Positions 20,949-32,765 of a stretch of DNA of 64,000 nt are shown in pieces. Made by a program: the position numbers and the translations under genes. The stretch comes from an uncultured bacterium. GTDB taxonomy: Bacteria > Armatimonadota > Abditibacteriia > Abditibacteriales > Abditibacteriaceae. Numbering within the stretch: position 1 is the stretch's first letter; every line of letters starts with the position of its first letter. A model generated the notes under the pieces. It saw only the letters and a program-made list of their open reading frames with translations. It was not told where the DNA came from and ran no database searches. The DNA lies in contig CAVYKL010000008.1 in assembly GCA_963769015.1 (NCBI GenBank), forward strand, positions 2,075,429-2,139,428, in the 5' to 3' direction.

Positions 20949-23256
20949 ATGAAAATCTTCACACTGCTCTTTTCGTTTTGTCTCATTCAAGCGGCTTTCG
21001 CGCTTACTGCGCGCGTGGAAACAGCCAACGGCGTGCCGCGTATTATGGTGGATGGCAAGCCGATGCGCGGGCGTATGTTTTGGGGCGGGCCGGGTTCGAC
21101 GCCTATTAAAATTGGCGAAGCCGCGCATCAAGAAAGTTTTGAATTTGCCGCGTCCGATAGTGCCATCAACGGCACGATGCATTTTCGCTTTGGGCAAAAA
21201 CCGGGCGAAATTCTATTGGATGATATTCGCGTTTTCGATCTAACCGATAACCGCGAAATTTTATCGAATGACTTTTGAAAATGGCGCGGATAGTTTCAAA
21301 GGTTGGAATATCTGGCCGCCGCAAAATAATGTCGGCAAAGTGGAAGTGGTGCCGGATATAGGCCGCGATAAATCTGCGGGTTTGCGCATTCAAATCAATG
21401 CCCCAAATGATGGCACTTGGCCGGATTTTCATATTTATCACAACGCCGATTTGCCACTTGTGGAAAACCATCGTTATCGCGTCAGCTTTTGGGTGCAAGC
21501 CGCGCCCGCGCGCGATTTAATGGTCGCTTTTTATCGGCCCGGCACGACGTATACACATCTTGGCGGGCCAAAAGGCGCTTATCAAAATCAGATTCAACTC
21601 GCGGCAGCGGCGGGCGTGAATTTCGTGAGTTTTCCGGTTGACTTGCCTTGGCCCGAAGCCGGCAAAGACGCCGATTGGAACAACGTTGATGTGGCGTGTC
21701 GCCAGGTGCTGAAAGTCAATCCAAAAGCATTACTCATTCCGCGCATTCCGATGGACCCGCCATCGTGGTGGTGCAAGGCCAACCCAACCGAAGTAATGCA
21801 ATGGGAAGACGGCGCGCATGGCAACTTCGCGGTGCCCGCTTCGCCGGTTTATCGCCGTGAGGCCGCCGCACGTTTGACGGCGCTCGTTGAACATCTCGAA
21901 GCGACTTTTGGCGACCACGTCGCGGGCTATCATCCCGGCGGACAGAACACCGCCGAATGGTTTTACGAAGGCACATGGGAAAAGCCACTCAACGGCTACG
22001 CGCCCGCCGATTTAACCGCGTGGCGCGCATGGCTAAACCAAAAATATGCCAGCGATGCCGCCCTGCAAAATGCCTGGCACCAGCCCGAAATATCGCGCGC
22101 CAATGCGCCCGTTCCCACGCCGCAAGAACGCCACGCCGCTAAAGGCATTTTGCGCGCAGTGCAAAGCGAAGGGCATCTCATTGACTGGGCGCAGTTTCAG
22201 CAAGAAGCGATGGCCGATTGCGTTCTGAACTTGGCGCACGCGGCGCGCACCGCTTCGCGCGGGCGCAAATTGGTGTTGTTTTTCTACGGCTACAGTTTTG
22301 AATTCGCGCCCGTGCAAAATGGCCCGGCAACTTCAGGTCACTATGCTTTGCGGCGCGTTTTAAATAGCCCCGATATTGATATTTTATGTTCGCCGATTTC
22401 GTATTTTGACCGCGCCATAGGCGGCAACGCGCCAACCATGACGCCCGCCGAAAGCATCGCACTCGCGGGCAAACTTTATTTGCGCGAAGACGATACGCAC
22501 ACTTATCTGGCAAGCGGCGATCAAGCCGGTTCGACAGATCATGTGACGACAATCGAAGAAACCAATGCCGAACTGACGCGCAACGTAGCGCAGGAAGCAA
22601 CGCGCAATTTTGCCTCGTGGTGGATGGATTTAGGCGCCAGCGGTTGGTTTAACGACGAGCGAATGTGGCAACAAATGACGCGCCTAAGCGCCGTAGACGA
22701 ATCGTTTTTGCGTAACCCCACGCCCTTTGTGCCCGAAGTTGCCGCTATCATTGACGAACGCGCTATGTGGCGCGTGGCAGCGGGTGGCAATTCGTTTACC
22801 GGGCCAAATATCTACGAAGCGCGCCGCGCTTTGGGCAGCATGGGCGCGCCTTATGGTCAGTATTTGTTAGACGATGTTTTAGCAGGTCGAGTCAAGGCCA
22901 AACTTTATGTGTTTCTCAATGCGTGGGACATAACAAACGACGAACGCGCGAAACTGCAAACGATAACGCGCGGTGCCACAACCATTTTTCGCTCGATTGA
23001 GGCGCCGCCTTTGACTTCCGAATCGCTGCGTAACGCAGCCAAACAAGCGGGCGTTCATCTTTTTACAAACAACGATTGCAACGTTTACGCGAATGGTAAT
23101 TTTTTGGCGTTACACGGCGCAGAGGATGGGCCAATCGAAATTAACACTGCGCGGCAAAGTGATGTTTTCGATGTGCTTACCAACCAAAAAATCGCTTCTG
23201 GCCCGAAGTTCGTTTTGCCACTAAAAAAAGGCGAAACGCGCGTTTTGAAGTATTGA
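20949..23256 (+). CDS. Secreted putative glycoside hydrolase (GH42-like beta-galactosidase middle/trimerisation-type domain) with N-terminal CBM4/9-like module; one frameshift near 21270
   Basis: A 109-aa ORF with signal peptide (MKIFTLLFSFCLIQAAFA) joins a 662-aa ORF in another frame. The C-terminal part reads LVLFFYGYSFEF...ISYFDRAIGGNAP...WWMDLGASGWF. The family call is tentative. Confidence 0.4.
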
Positions 23257-23263
23257 TTTTTCG

Positions 23264-23461
23264 GAGTTCTAACCCAACTTGCTATTGATTGAGTGAAGAA
23301 GTGGTTGTGCCGCGGAGAACCCCCATCCAACTCCCCCAGAGGGGACTAGTTTGCGCTTCTAGAAGCGAAACGTCCCTCTGGCGGGCGCCCTCTGGGCAGG
23401 ATTGGATGGGGGTTTAGGCCAAGAAACCAGATCCGATAATTAAAAAGTCGGGTTAGTTCTA
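23264..23461. repeat. About 200-bp structured intergenic element with imperfect 15-bp terminal inverted repeats and nested internal palindromes
   Basis: Ends are agttctaacccaact and agtcgggttagttct (12/15 complementary). Inside, gaacccccatccaa pairs with ttggatgggggttt, ccagagggg pairs with ccctctgg (the latter twice), and gcttctagaagc is a perfect 12-nt palindrome. Confidence 0.5.
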
Positions 23462-23484
23462 TTGAAATTTTTTAGGTTCGTCGC

Positions 23485-25676
23485 TCACGGCTTCCAGCGA
23501 TACATAAGAATTTTGGCTTTGTAATCTTCTTCGAGAAAAACGATATATTCGCCGTCGGCGCGCTGATGAGCGCGCAAGCATTCGCGGATGTCTTGTAAAC
23601 CAATTTCGCCGATGTCTTCGCCCGGTTCCATCCAGCCGACGCTTTGGCCGTTATCGGCGCGAAAGACTTCGATGTGGCCGGTTTTGTAGCCGATTTGTCT
23701 TGCCCGCGCCGGTGTAAGGCACGAATAGGTAATCGCCCGCCACATCGAAGCCCATCGGCTCACACGATTCGTGACCTTGCGAGCCTTTTTGATAGGGCGC
23801 GGTGATTTGCCAGCGCAGTTTTTTATCGCCGCGCAGCCAATTATCATAACGCGCCATCACCGGCCCCATTGGTTTCCAGTGTTGGTTTTTGTCGTCGCCT
23901 TTGGTGCCGCCAAGATAAAGCGTGTCGGTTTTCACATCGTAGCGCACACGCTTGACTTCATCGAATTCTTTGGCGTGCGGAAAAGTTTGCATCGACGCAT
24001 AGCTCCACGATGGCACACCGTTTTTCGACTTCGCACGGAAAATAGCGCACGCCTTGTTTTTCGGTTGCCAGCCACACGCCGCAGTTATCATCTACCCACC
24101 AGCCTTGCGCTGGCGGCGCGTCGGTGTCGCGCGATTCGTATTCGCCGCCATCAAACGCGCCGTTGCGATTTTTATCCGTCCAAATCCATTCGCCTTTTTC
24201 GGGTTGATTTGGCGGCCAGTTTTCTTTTTTGATGGGACGTTTGGCAAATAAAGTCTGCGGCACAGCGATTTCGCCGTCGAAACGATAAACCTGCAAATGT
24301 TCGCCGTTCATATCGTTGACAAATTGAAAACGCGCGTTGCCGATGCGCCGAATCCACGCGCCTGCCGACCAAATGTGGAAGCGTGGGTCTTGCGGATTGG
24401 CAAGCGGATTCACGGTGTAGGCTTCGTATTTCCAAGCCTCAGTGCCGGTTTTGGTGTAATCGTAAACAAAGCGTTCTTCTTTGGTAAAAATCTGCGTGTC
24501 TTTTGCGGGTCAACGTCGGCCATGTCCACAAAGTTGAGGCCAAATAATCGCCAGCGCAATTTTTTTGCGGGTCATAACTTTCCAAAATGGTGCTGCCGCC
24601 GCCGGTTGAGCCGCGATGGGCGACATAAAAATTGCCTTGCGCATCGAAGCGCGATGGCCGATGGATTATTAAAGCGCAAGATCTCCAAAATTGCCGGCAG
24701 GCGGCGCGAAAATGTCGCGTTTGTCGCTCCGACCAATTGAATACTGTTGCACTGCCGAAGTGCCGCTTTGTGCCGCAGAAATCATACTGCAGAAAATGCC
24801 TGTGAATCAATCTGAAGTGTCGGCTGCCTTGGATCAGGCACCAAAATCGCATGAGCCGTCTGGCGCAACGGCAATGTTCACCGGATTTGGCATTATATCG
24901 GAGAACTGCCAGCACGCCGTCATGACTTTGCCTTGCGCATCGAAGATGAACCAGGCGCGCCGGTCGGCCTTCGTCTTTCTCTCTGCAACATCCAAAACGT
25001 GCCGTCTTTGGCCAACGCAATCGGGCCGGGGCGTTCGATTTTCCATTCGGTAATTTTCGCCATCGTTTCGGCGTCGTAGATTTTGATGGTGTTATCCGAT
25101 GGGCACGAAACGTAAAGGCGCGTTTCATCGGCGGCAATGCCGGGCAAATCTTGCGCGTCTTTGTTGTCGTCCACTTCGGCGACGACTAAAAACGCTTCTT
25201 TGAGCGTGTCGCCCTTGCCGCCTTTGCCGCCTTCAAAGGGCGCGGGTTTTTTAATGTCGTTCAGCGGACGGCGCGAAATGCCAATCCATTGTTTGCCTTT
25301 GGGCGGCCATGTCGACAAATCATTTAAACCGCCGCCTTCGTTTTGCATTCGGCAGCCGATGTAAAGATATTTGCTGTTGCACGCGATGGCTTTGCCGCCG
25401 GTAGCGCCCCAGCCGTGCGTGTGTCCGGCGTTGCCGAGAACTTTGCCGTCTTTAAATTCGGTGACGTTGCCGCCGCCTTCTTCCCACGGCACATTCGAGA
25501 AACACGCGGCCATCGGGCGTGACGCACAGCGCATCAATATCCTGCGGGACGTGCTTGCCATCGCCGCCGGGATACGAATTGCCAATCCACGTCACATTCG
25601 CGGGCAATTTCGGGCCAGCCAAAACCGGAACGGTTGCCAATAATAACAAAGCGAGAAATGCAGGACTATTTTTCAT
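23485..25676 (-). CDS. Large secreted hypothetical protein (~730 aa), broken into at least 6 frame segments in this assembly
   Basis: ATG at 25676 gives MKNSPAFLALLLLATVPVLAGPK. Conserved-looking segments continue through ORFs 24920..25585, 23958..24413, 23651..24091 and 23485..23847, for example GNAGHTHGWGATGG and WIWTDKNRNGAFDGGEYESRD. Function is unknown. Confidence 0.4.
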
Positions 25677-26308
25677 TAGACACCCGGCATATACGACCGA
25701 AAAACATAATCGTTTTTCGCTTGCCTGACATGGCATGATTGGCAGTTTTCCAATTTGCCGCGTGCCTGAACTGTTTTGCCATCACCATCGGTGACAAGAT
25801 ATTCCCAGTCGCCCTTTTTCGGGTCATAACCAGCGCGCTGTTTTATCATCACGGTTAGCAACTCTGGCGTTTTGCTGTCTTTGGTAGGCAGCTTTTCTTT
25901 CACGATAACGCTGCCAACTGGGAAACGTGAATTTCGAGGCAGCATCGGCGAACGTAGCAGCACCCTGCGGCCTTTTTCATTCACATAAACGCGAACGAAT
26001 TTTCCTTTGCTCTCAGGGTGCGAACTGTTAGTCGGTGGGGGCACAATAGTAGGCGCTGGAGTCGGGAGCGCAATACAGGCAGTCGCTGTTGCAATTTCCA
26101 TCATTTGAGCCTGTTGGGTTGCTAACGGCCAACTTTTGTAATTCACAATCTCCGGCGCGGTTAGAACAACCGGTGCCGGTTTAGAGGCCGACTTTTTTCC
26201 CGCGTCCGCAACAAAAACTCCAATCCCCAAGACGCAAAGCAGGATTATCAAAGTCGCACGCTGCCATTTCGTTTGCCCGAAGATGATGTTTTGAAAGCGT
26301 AGGTTCAT
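25676..26308 (-). CDS. Cytochrome P460-like haem protein
   Basis: 210-aa ORF with an N-terminal signal/TM segment and C-terminal NCQSCHV (CxxCH). The motif position and the ...DWEYLVTDGDG... context match the cytochrome P460 family. Its TAA stop overlaps the ATG of the downstream gene (TAATG). Confidence 0.5.
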   Translation of the reverse strand: MNLRFQNIIFGQTKWQRATLIILLCVLGIGVFVADAGKKSASKPAPVVLTAPEIVNYKSWPLATQQAQMMEIATATACIALPTPAPTIVPPPTNSSHPESKGKFVRVYVNEKGRRVLLRSPMLPRNSRFPVGSVIVKEKLPTKDSKTPELLTVMIKQRAGYDPKKGDWEYLVTDGDGKTVQARGKLENCQSCHVRQAKNDYVFRSYMPGV

Positions 26309-26331
26309 ACGCTGAATTTTACGCGGCCCCT

Positions 26332-27794
26332 ATGCCCTACGCAAGAAAACCGATTAACCTAAAAGTGCCGCAAAAAAACAGGATTGGAAACGAATTTATG
26401 AACGAAAAAAAGCAGCCTAACATCGTTTTGATGGGCATAGATTCTCTGCGCGCCGACCACATGAGTTGTTACGGCTACACGCGCCTGACCACGCCGCACA
26501 TTGACCGCTTTGCACAGGGCGGCACGCTGTTTGAAAACACTATCAGCGCGCACGTTCCCACCACAAGCGCCTATTCTTCGATGCTGACCGGCCAAGATGT
26601 TTTCAGCACGCAAGTTGTCGCCTTGCGCCACAAAGGGCCGCTGCGCGAAGAAGTGCGCACCTTGCCCGAAATTTTAAGCCAAGCCGGTTATAACACGACT
26701 TGCGTTGGCTTTCAGTGGCAATCCGGCCTCGCGCGGCTTTGACAACTACATTGACTTTGGCGGTTGGGGCAGTTGGAACGAAGGCCGCAGCCCTAAAGCG
26801 GAAAAACTCAATGAGGTAGCGATTCCCGAACTTGACCGCTTAATCGGCGAAGACAAGCCCTTCTTTTTGTTTTTACGCCACATGGACCCGCACGCGCCTT
26901 ATCTGCCGCCCGCTCCCTTTGAACGCGCGTTTTATCACGGTGACGAATGCGATCCGGCCAACAAAAGCATGGAGCCGGTGATGAACTTCAAGCCGTTCTG
27001 CGATTTCTTCGCTTCATGGATGCCACCCGGCATTTCCGATAAAGATTACGTCGTCGCGCAATACGATGGCGCGGTTGCTTATATGGATGCGTGCATTCAA
27101 ACAATTTTTCAGGCGCTCGAAGCGCACGGCATTCTTGGATGAAACCATTGTCATCATCAACGGCGATCACGGCGAAACGCTTTACGAACACGAATGCTGG
27201 TTCGATCATCACGGCACTTACGACAACGTTTTGCACGTCCCGCTGATTATTCGCTATCCCGGCAAAGTGCCCGCAAATCAGCGCGTGGCGGGTTACAATC
27301 AACACAAAGATTTAGTGCCGACGATTTTGGAACTCGCCGAAATCGAAGTGCCTGATTCGTTCGACGGAACAAGCCTTATGCCAATGGCAAAAGGTGAAAT
27401 TGAGTCGCACGACAAGGAAATTTACATCACCGAATGCACGTGGATGCGCAAACACGGCTGGCGCACGCCCGAATGGAAACTAATTATCGCGTTAGAGCCG
27501 GATTTTCATTTCAAACCGGAATACGAACTGTATAATTTGCAAAACGACCCGGACGAAAACGAAAATCTTGCCGAAGCGCATCCTGAAATCGTCGCCGATT
27601 TGAAAGCGCGCATGGAAAATTGGATTGCCAAACGCGAGAGTGAAACCGGATTACAAAATCCGATTCACCACCAAGGCGACTGGCACGGACAAGAAGGTGT
27701 GGGCGCTTTCAAAACTTCGCAGCAAGCCTACGACACATTGCATATCGGCGACCCCGCTCAAGCCGCGAAATTGCAAGCCGAAGCGCGGAAGTAG
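26332..27794 (+). CDS. Sulfatase-like hydrolase/transferase (alkaline-phosphatase superfamily, non-FGly type); two frameshifts (~26720 and ~27120)
   Basis: The N-terminus reads NIVLMGIDSLRADHMSCYGY, with DSLRADH in place of CxPxR. The C-terminal frames read IINGDHGETLYEH and YELYNLQNDPDENENLA. ORFs 26332..26742, 26705..27142 and 27066..27794 are in three frames. The likely start is 26398. Confidence 0.6.
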
Positions 27795-27799
27795 AAACC

Positions 27800-27838
27800 T
27801 TTCCGCTTGCCGTTTGCTGTCAAACGGCAAGCGGAAAT
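27800..27838. promoter_or_regulatory. Perfect 17-bp stem hairpin immediately upstream of the permease start codon
   Basis: tttccgcttgccgtttg ctgt caaacggcaagcggaaa has no trailing T-run. It lies 4 nt before the ATG at 27842. Confidence 0.4.
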
Positions 27839-27841
27839 CCC

Positions 27842-29050
27842 ATGAATATCTGGTCAAACGTCTGGGTTGCATTGCAAAGCCTGACCGCGAATAAATTGCG
27901 TTCGGCGCTCACGGTTTTAGGCATCACGATTGGCGTTCTATCGGTGATTCTTTGCACGGCAGTTGGCAATGGCGTGCGGCAGCAGATATTGGGACAGGTT
28001 GAGGCACTGGGCAGTAATTCCATCTTTATTATTCCGGGCCAGCAAAGGCGCGGCGGCGTTGCAGTGGGCACCAAACCGACGCTCAAACCTAAAGACGCCG
28101 TCGCCATTCGCAAAGAATGCCCTTCGATTGTCGCTGTCGCTGCAACGCTGCAACGTCCGGCGCAGTTAAAATTCGGCAACAAAAACTCGACCACAGATGT
28201 TATTTGCACCGAGCCGGATTATCTTATCATTCAAAACTTCCACATCGAAAGTGGGCGTTTCATTACGGTAAAAGATGTAAATTCGATGCGCAAAGTGTGC
28301 GTTGTCGGCAAAACAACGGCGAAAAACCTTTTTGGCAGCGCGGCACCGCTCGGCCAAATGATACGCATCAAAGGCGTGGCCTTTAAAATCATTGGCATCA
28401 TGGCGCTCAAAGGGTCGGCGATGTTTGGCAACCCGGACGATCAGGTTTATATTCCCGTCACAACCGGCATGAAAGTCGTTTTCGGCGTGGATTACGTTAC
28501 GCAACTGAACGCGCAAGTCGGCGAAATTTCTAAAAACGAGCGCGCCAAACAAGAACTCGAAAAAACGCTGCGCAAAACGCATCGCATTAAAGACGGCGAA
28601 GAAGCGGATTTTTCGATTTTGTCGCAAGCCGAACTTTTGCGTTCGGTCAATACCATTGGCACGGTTTTAACATTGGCTTTGGCAGGTATCGCTTCAATTT
28701 CGCTGATCGTCGGCGGCATCGGCATCATGAATATCATGATTGTTTCCGTGACCGAACGCACGCGCGAAATCGGCATCCGCAAAGCTGTGGGCGCTAAAAA
28801 CCGGGACATTTTATTTCAATTTCTGATTGAATCCGTGACCGTCACTTTGCTTGGCGGCACCATTGGCATTCTCGCCGGTTTGGGCATCTCGAATGGCATC
28901 GCTTCTTATCTCGGTTGGTCATCGGTTGTTTCACCGTTTTGGATTGCCGTCTCGTTTATTTCTTCTACACTTATTGGCGTTTTCTTCGGCATTTATCCGG
29001 CTTACCAAGCCTCGCAATTAGACCCGATTGAAGCCCTGCGCTATCAATAA
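27842..29050 (+). CDS. MacB/FtsX-family ABC transporter permease (orphan, no adjacent ATPase)
   Basis: 402-aa ORF with an N-terminal TM helix, a large periplasmic domain and a C-terminal FtsX 4-TM block (REIGIRKAVGA motif). Confidence 0.7.
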   Translation: MNIWSNVWVALQSLTANKLRSALTVLGITIGVLSVILCTAVGNGVRQQILGQVEALGSNSIFIIPGQQRRGGVAVGTKPTLKPKDAVAIRKECPSIVAVAATLQRPAQLKFGNKNSTTDVICTEPDYLIIQNFHIESGRFITVKDVNSMRKVCVVGKTTAKNLFGSAAPLGQMIRIKGVAFKIIGIMALKGSAMFGNPDDQVYIPVTTGMKVVFGVDYVTQLNAQVGEISKNERAKQELEKTLRKTHRIKDGEEADFSILSQAELLRSVNTIGTVLTLALAGIASISLIVGGIGIMNIMIVSVTERTREIGIRKAVGAKNRDILFQFLIESVTVTLLGGTIGILAGLGISNGIASYLGWSSVVSPFWIAVSFISSTLIGVFFGIYPAYQASQLDPIEALRYQ

Positions 29051-29075
29051 AACGCGCAGGGCTTCAATGCAAAAG

Positions 29076-31071
29076 TCAAGAGATTTCTACCATCGCGTGA
29101 CCTTCGATTTTCGGCACCACAAAATGCACGCGGCCTTTATCCTGCAAGAATTTCAGTTCTTCGCCCGAAGGCACGATTTTCACACTGTTTGCTTCACCTA
29201 AAACGCTAACGCGCACATCAAAAAGCGGAATGATGTCTTCGATAATATCGAAGGCTTGCCCGCGCCGTTCGGGGATATAATGCAGCAAATGCAAAACGCG
29301 CCGCGCTTGTTCTTCTTGTTCGTTGAGCGCGGTTAAAAGCGAAGACGGCCCTTCGACTTGCACGAGTTTTTCGGGTAGAAAAATGTCAATCGCATTGGAA
29401 ACCAGTTGTTTGCACCAGCGCGGCGCGTTGTTTTGATATTGCGCGAAAATCGGGTGCGCAAAATAAATCACGCGGCCTTTTTTAACAATAGCCGGATACG
29501 CTTTTTCGCCGCTGGATGGCGTGTGCCGATGCGAACAAAAATGGCGCCAGTTGCGGTTGAAATACGGAATTTCGACGTGCGCTAACACTTGCGCGCCTTC
29601 GTGCGCTTCCACTTCCAGGCCGCGCAAATACATCACATGGCCGGTATCGGGCAAACCGTTTTTGAGTTCGCCGGGCACAATAAAATCGGGCGAAAACGGC
29701 GCGTCGTTTTTGTAAGTGACGCCCCACGTTTTGGATGTGAACGCTGTGCCATCGAAACCCAGACCGGAATGGTAGCTGGCGATAATCGAACCACCATCGG
29801 CCAAATAATTTTCCAGTTTTTCGGCTAAGGTATCGTCCACAGGAATTTCATCGGGCAGAATCAGCAGTTTGTAATTTTTGAAATCGCGCTCTGTATCGAG
29901 AATATCGAATTGCAAGCGCAGTTCTTGTAACATCCGCACCGCGCCCATCACTGACGGCACATCGCGATCACTTTTCGCGTTAAACGCTGCGCGCTGCATG
30001 ACAAATTCTTCGGGCGTTAAAACGCCGATTTCACTCTGCGCCTCGGCGCCTTGGCACCACGCTTCTTTTTTCTCGACTTCGCTATATACGCCGCCGATTA
30101 GATCATAAGTTGTTTGGTCAATTTTGCCTGATGGATGCAACTGATCGCCGACCGAACATTTGGCGCCCAAAGCTAACATTTGAAAACATTCAAACTGCAA
30201 CGCGGCGGGGTTTTTGAACGAATGAAAATCGCCCCACGACGTGTGAAATTTGCCCGTCATGCCAAGGCAATCTTTGCCGAGTCCGCGTGCATAACGCATG
30301 GTTTGCGGAAAGTGCAAATAGCCCCACCCGCCCGACGGCAGCGATTCGAGTTCCCAGTGCGAATAAGCCGATTGCGCCGCGCGATGGCGCGGGCCAACGT
30401 GCCCTGAATTGTAAAACAATGTGCAATCTTTGCTGAATTCGCGGCAGAATTCCGTCATTTCAAGCGCCCACTCGTCATGCACTTTGGCCGCGAAACGCTG
30501 GCGGTCGCCTTCATCTTCGGGATTGTAACCCTGATTATCCATGGCATCCAGCCAATGTTTTGCCGTTGATTGGCGGTTTTGCACGATGTCGAAAAAGAGG
30601 CCATCAACTGGCATGGTTTCAAATAATTCTTTGACGTGATCGAACAAAAACTGCCGGTAGCCGGGATGAAACACATCCAAGATTACGATAAAAGCCGGCG
30701 TCAAACGGTTTGGTGCCGTATTCTTTGCCTTCGGTGTCAATCATCAGCCAATCGCGGTTGCGGTCGGCGGTGTATTCGTCCCATTGCACCGTTGTATAAA
30801 TCGGCACGCGAATGCCGCGTTTATGGCACGCTTCGATTTGCTCCGGCAGCAAATTAGGCCGCGCCAACTGCGGATGAATCCGTTCGGGATGCGCCTTCGA
30901 TTGGTAATAAAGATAACCGTGATGGCAACGCGCAAACGTCGTCACTGAATTAACGCGCGCCTTATCGAGCGTGGCGGCAAATTCTTCGGGGTCAAAATCG
31001 GCACCAATGCCGGGAATAACTTCGCTGGTGTGAAAGTCGAGATGAATCTGACGAAAATTCAATTCTTGCAT
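29076..31071 (-). CDS. Putative glycoside hydrolase with beta-galactosidase-trimerisation-like domain (~660 aa); one frameshift near 30700
   Basis: ORF 30619..31071 (MQELNFRQIHLDFHTSE...) continues into ORF 29076..30740 (...GGSIIASYHSGLGFDG...). The family call is tentative. Confidence 0.4.
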
Positions 31072-31262
31072 GAAATCCTTTGGGGGTTTTGAAGTGACAT
31101 ATGTTTACCGTAGGCGGTGCGCCAACGCATGAGCAGAGCGCCGTGTATTTGAGGAATCTTTTCTGCGGCTCAAAAAAGAGTTCGCTTGCCTATCTCGTAA
31201 ACGGCTCTCACTAAAAGAGGATTTGTCAGACGGTTTTGAAATGCGAGGATGTCCTCACAAAA

Positions 31263-32762
31263 CTAAGCTGCAGGTCTTGAGTCGCCATTGGGCGAGGGCA
31301 CGGCGTTGCTATCTAACAAATTCGCTTTGCCGATGAGTTGCGCGGCGAGAACAGTTTGAATAACGCTGGCGATATTGTTAGTTGTAGCATCTGCCGCGCC
31401 GCCGTTTTCGTTGCCGGAAATCGTGACAAGTTTGGCTTGTGCAAGTGCTGCTGCAATTTGTGGTGCGATTTGCGGCACCATTTCGATTTGGCGATAACGC
31501 AAATAGGCTTCGCCGCCCGCGATGATGGCCTCGTTGATTTTTTCGATGCTTTTTGCGTTCGCTTCGGCAACGACTAAAATGCGATGCGCTTCGGCATCGG
31601 CGCGGGCTATAACTTCGATTTTGACGCGCTCGGCATCGGCGTTGGCCTGCGCGATTTGTGTGGCATCGAGTTCTGCTTCGCGCTGCAAACCCAATGCTTG
31701 CTGCCGTTTGGCATCCGCTTCGGCAATCTGCGCCGCGTTAATGGCGCGGGTTTGTTCAAGTTCGCGGTTGCGGTCTGAAATAATGCGATCCGCTTCGATT
31801 TGCGCTTCTTTGGCACGGCGCGATTGCTGCGCGGCTATAATGTCGGCGCCCGCTGCGGCTTCGGCGACAGCTTCGCGGCGCTTGGTTTCGGCGATTTCGA
31901 GCGCCTGTTGTTTTTTTACTTCGGCTTCGGCAATAAGGCCCGCGTTGGCCGCGCGCGTTTGTTCAAGTTCGCGGTTGGCATCCGAGATTTTGCGTTCGGC
32001 TTCGAGTTGCGCTTCTTTGGCACGCCGCGTTTGCTGCGCCGCCACGATGTCGGCGTTGGCTTGCGCTTCGGCTGCCGACATGCGGCGACGCGCTTCGGCG
32101 ACTTCCGATTGCACAACTTTTATGTTGAGCGAATTGAAAATCAAACCGAGGTCGGTCAGTTCGCGCGAACACGCTTTGCGAATGATAATCGCCAGCGGGT
32201 CGTCATCGTCTTCCATGCCAGAGGCGGCTTGCACATCAATACCTTCGTGCGTGACGGCCACTTTGGGCGCCGTGCGCGCCGAAAATAATTGGTCGTGTGT
32301 GAGCAGGTTAATGGCACGGCGGCCCGACGAACTCAGCAAATCAATAAGAATGTTGAGTTGTTCTTCGTGTGGTTTGGAAAAGAAGCGATTGGCGGCGGTT
32401 TTGATAAGTTGATCGGTATCGCCAACCGAGACAATCGCGCTGGCTAAAACCCGCACTTTGATCGGCGAAGGCGTGCCACCCGCGTCCAAGTCTGCCGTTT
32501 GGTCGGTAATGTCGAGGTCAACATTAATCGCTTTACTGGAAATCGTGGTGCCCGTTGTAAAAACGGGAATTTCAAACGATTTGCCCGGCCCGCGATAAAT
32601 CACCGTTGAGCCGTGCATCCGCGACACCAAACGAATCGTGCCCGCTTCCACGTTGCGCAAAAAGGACGAAACGATAACCGGCACCAAAATGAGCGCGAAA
32701 ATAACCGCGCCAACGGCCACATAAACCAGATTGTCCATAGCAAACTCCCTTTTCCCCCGCAA
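31263..32762 (-). CDS. Flotillin / SPFH (band-7) family protein with internal ~57-aa tandem coiled-coil duplication
   Basis: 499-aa ORF with an N-terminal TM helix and an SPFH domain. The repeats are IVAAQQTRRAKEAQLEAERKISDANRELEQTRAANAGLIAEAEVKKQQALEIAE and IIAAQQSRRAKEAQIEADRIISDRNRELEQTRAINAAQIAEADAKRQQALGLQRE. Confidence 0.75.
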   Translation of the reverse strand: MRGKREFAMDNLVYVAVGAVIFALILVPVIVSSFLRNVEAGTIRLVSRMHGSTVIYRGPGKSFEIPVFTTGTTISSKAINVDLDITDQTADLDAGGTPSPIKVRVLASAIVSVGDTDQLIKTAANRFFSKPHEEQLNILIDLLSSSGRRAINLLTHDQLFSARTAPKVAVTHEGIDVQAASGMEDDDDPLAIIIRKACSRELTDLGLIFNSLNIKVVQSEVAEARRRMSAAEAQANADIVAAQQTRRAKEAQLEAERKISDANRELEQTRAANAGLIAEAEVKKQQALEIAETKRREAVAEAAAGADIIAAQQSRRAKEAQIEADRIISDRNRELEQTRAINAAQIAEADAKRQQALGLQREAELDATQIAQANADAERVKIEVIARADAEAHRILVVAEANAKSIEKINEAIIAGGEAYLRYRQIEMVPQIAPQIAAALAQAKLVTISGNENGGAADATTNNIASVIQTVLAAQLIGKANLLDSNAVPSPNGDSRPAA

Positions 32763-32765
32763 AAC

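Noticed and set aside
24439-25137. 232-aa R/H/C-rich ORF
   Set aside because: It is mostly an out-of-frame reading of the large frameshifted secreted-protein gene. Only short segments correspond to the real frame.
31522-32412. 296-aa Ala/Ser/Cys-rich ORF on the plus strand
   Set aside because: It is antisense to the flotillin coiled-coil region. Its low-complexity composition comes from GCN-rich codons of the real gene.
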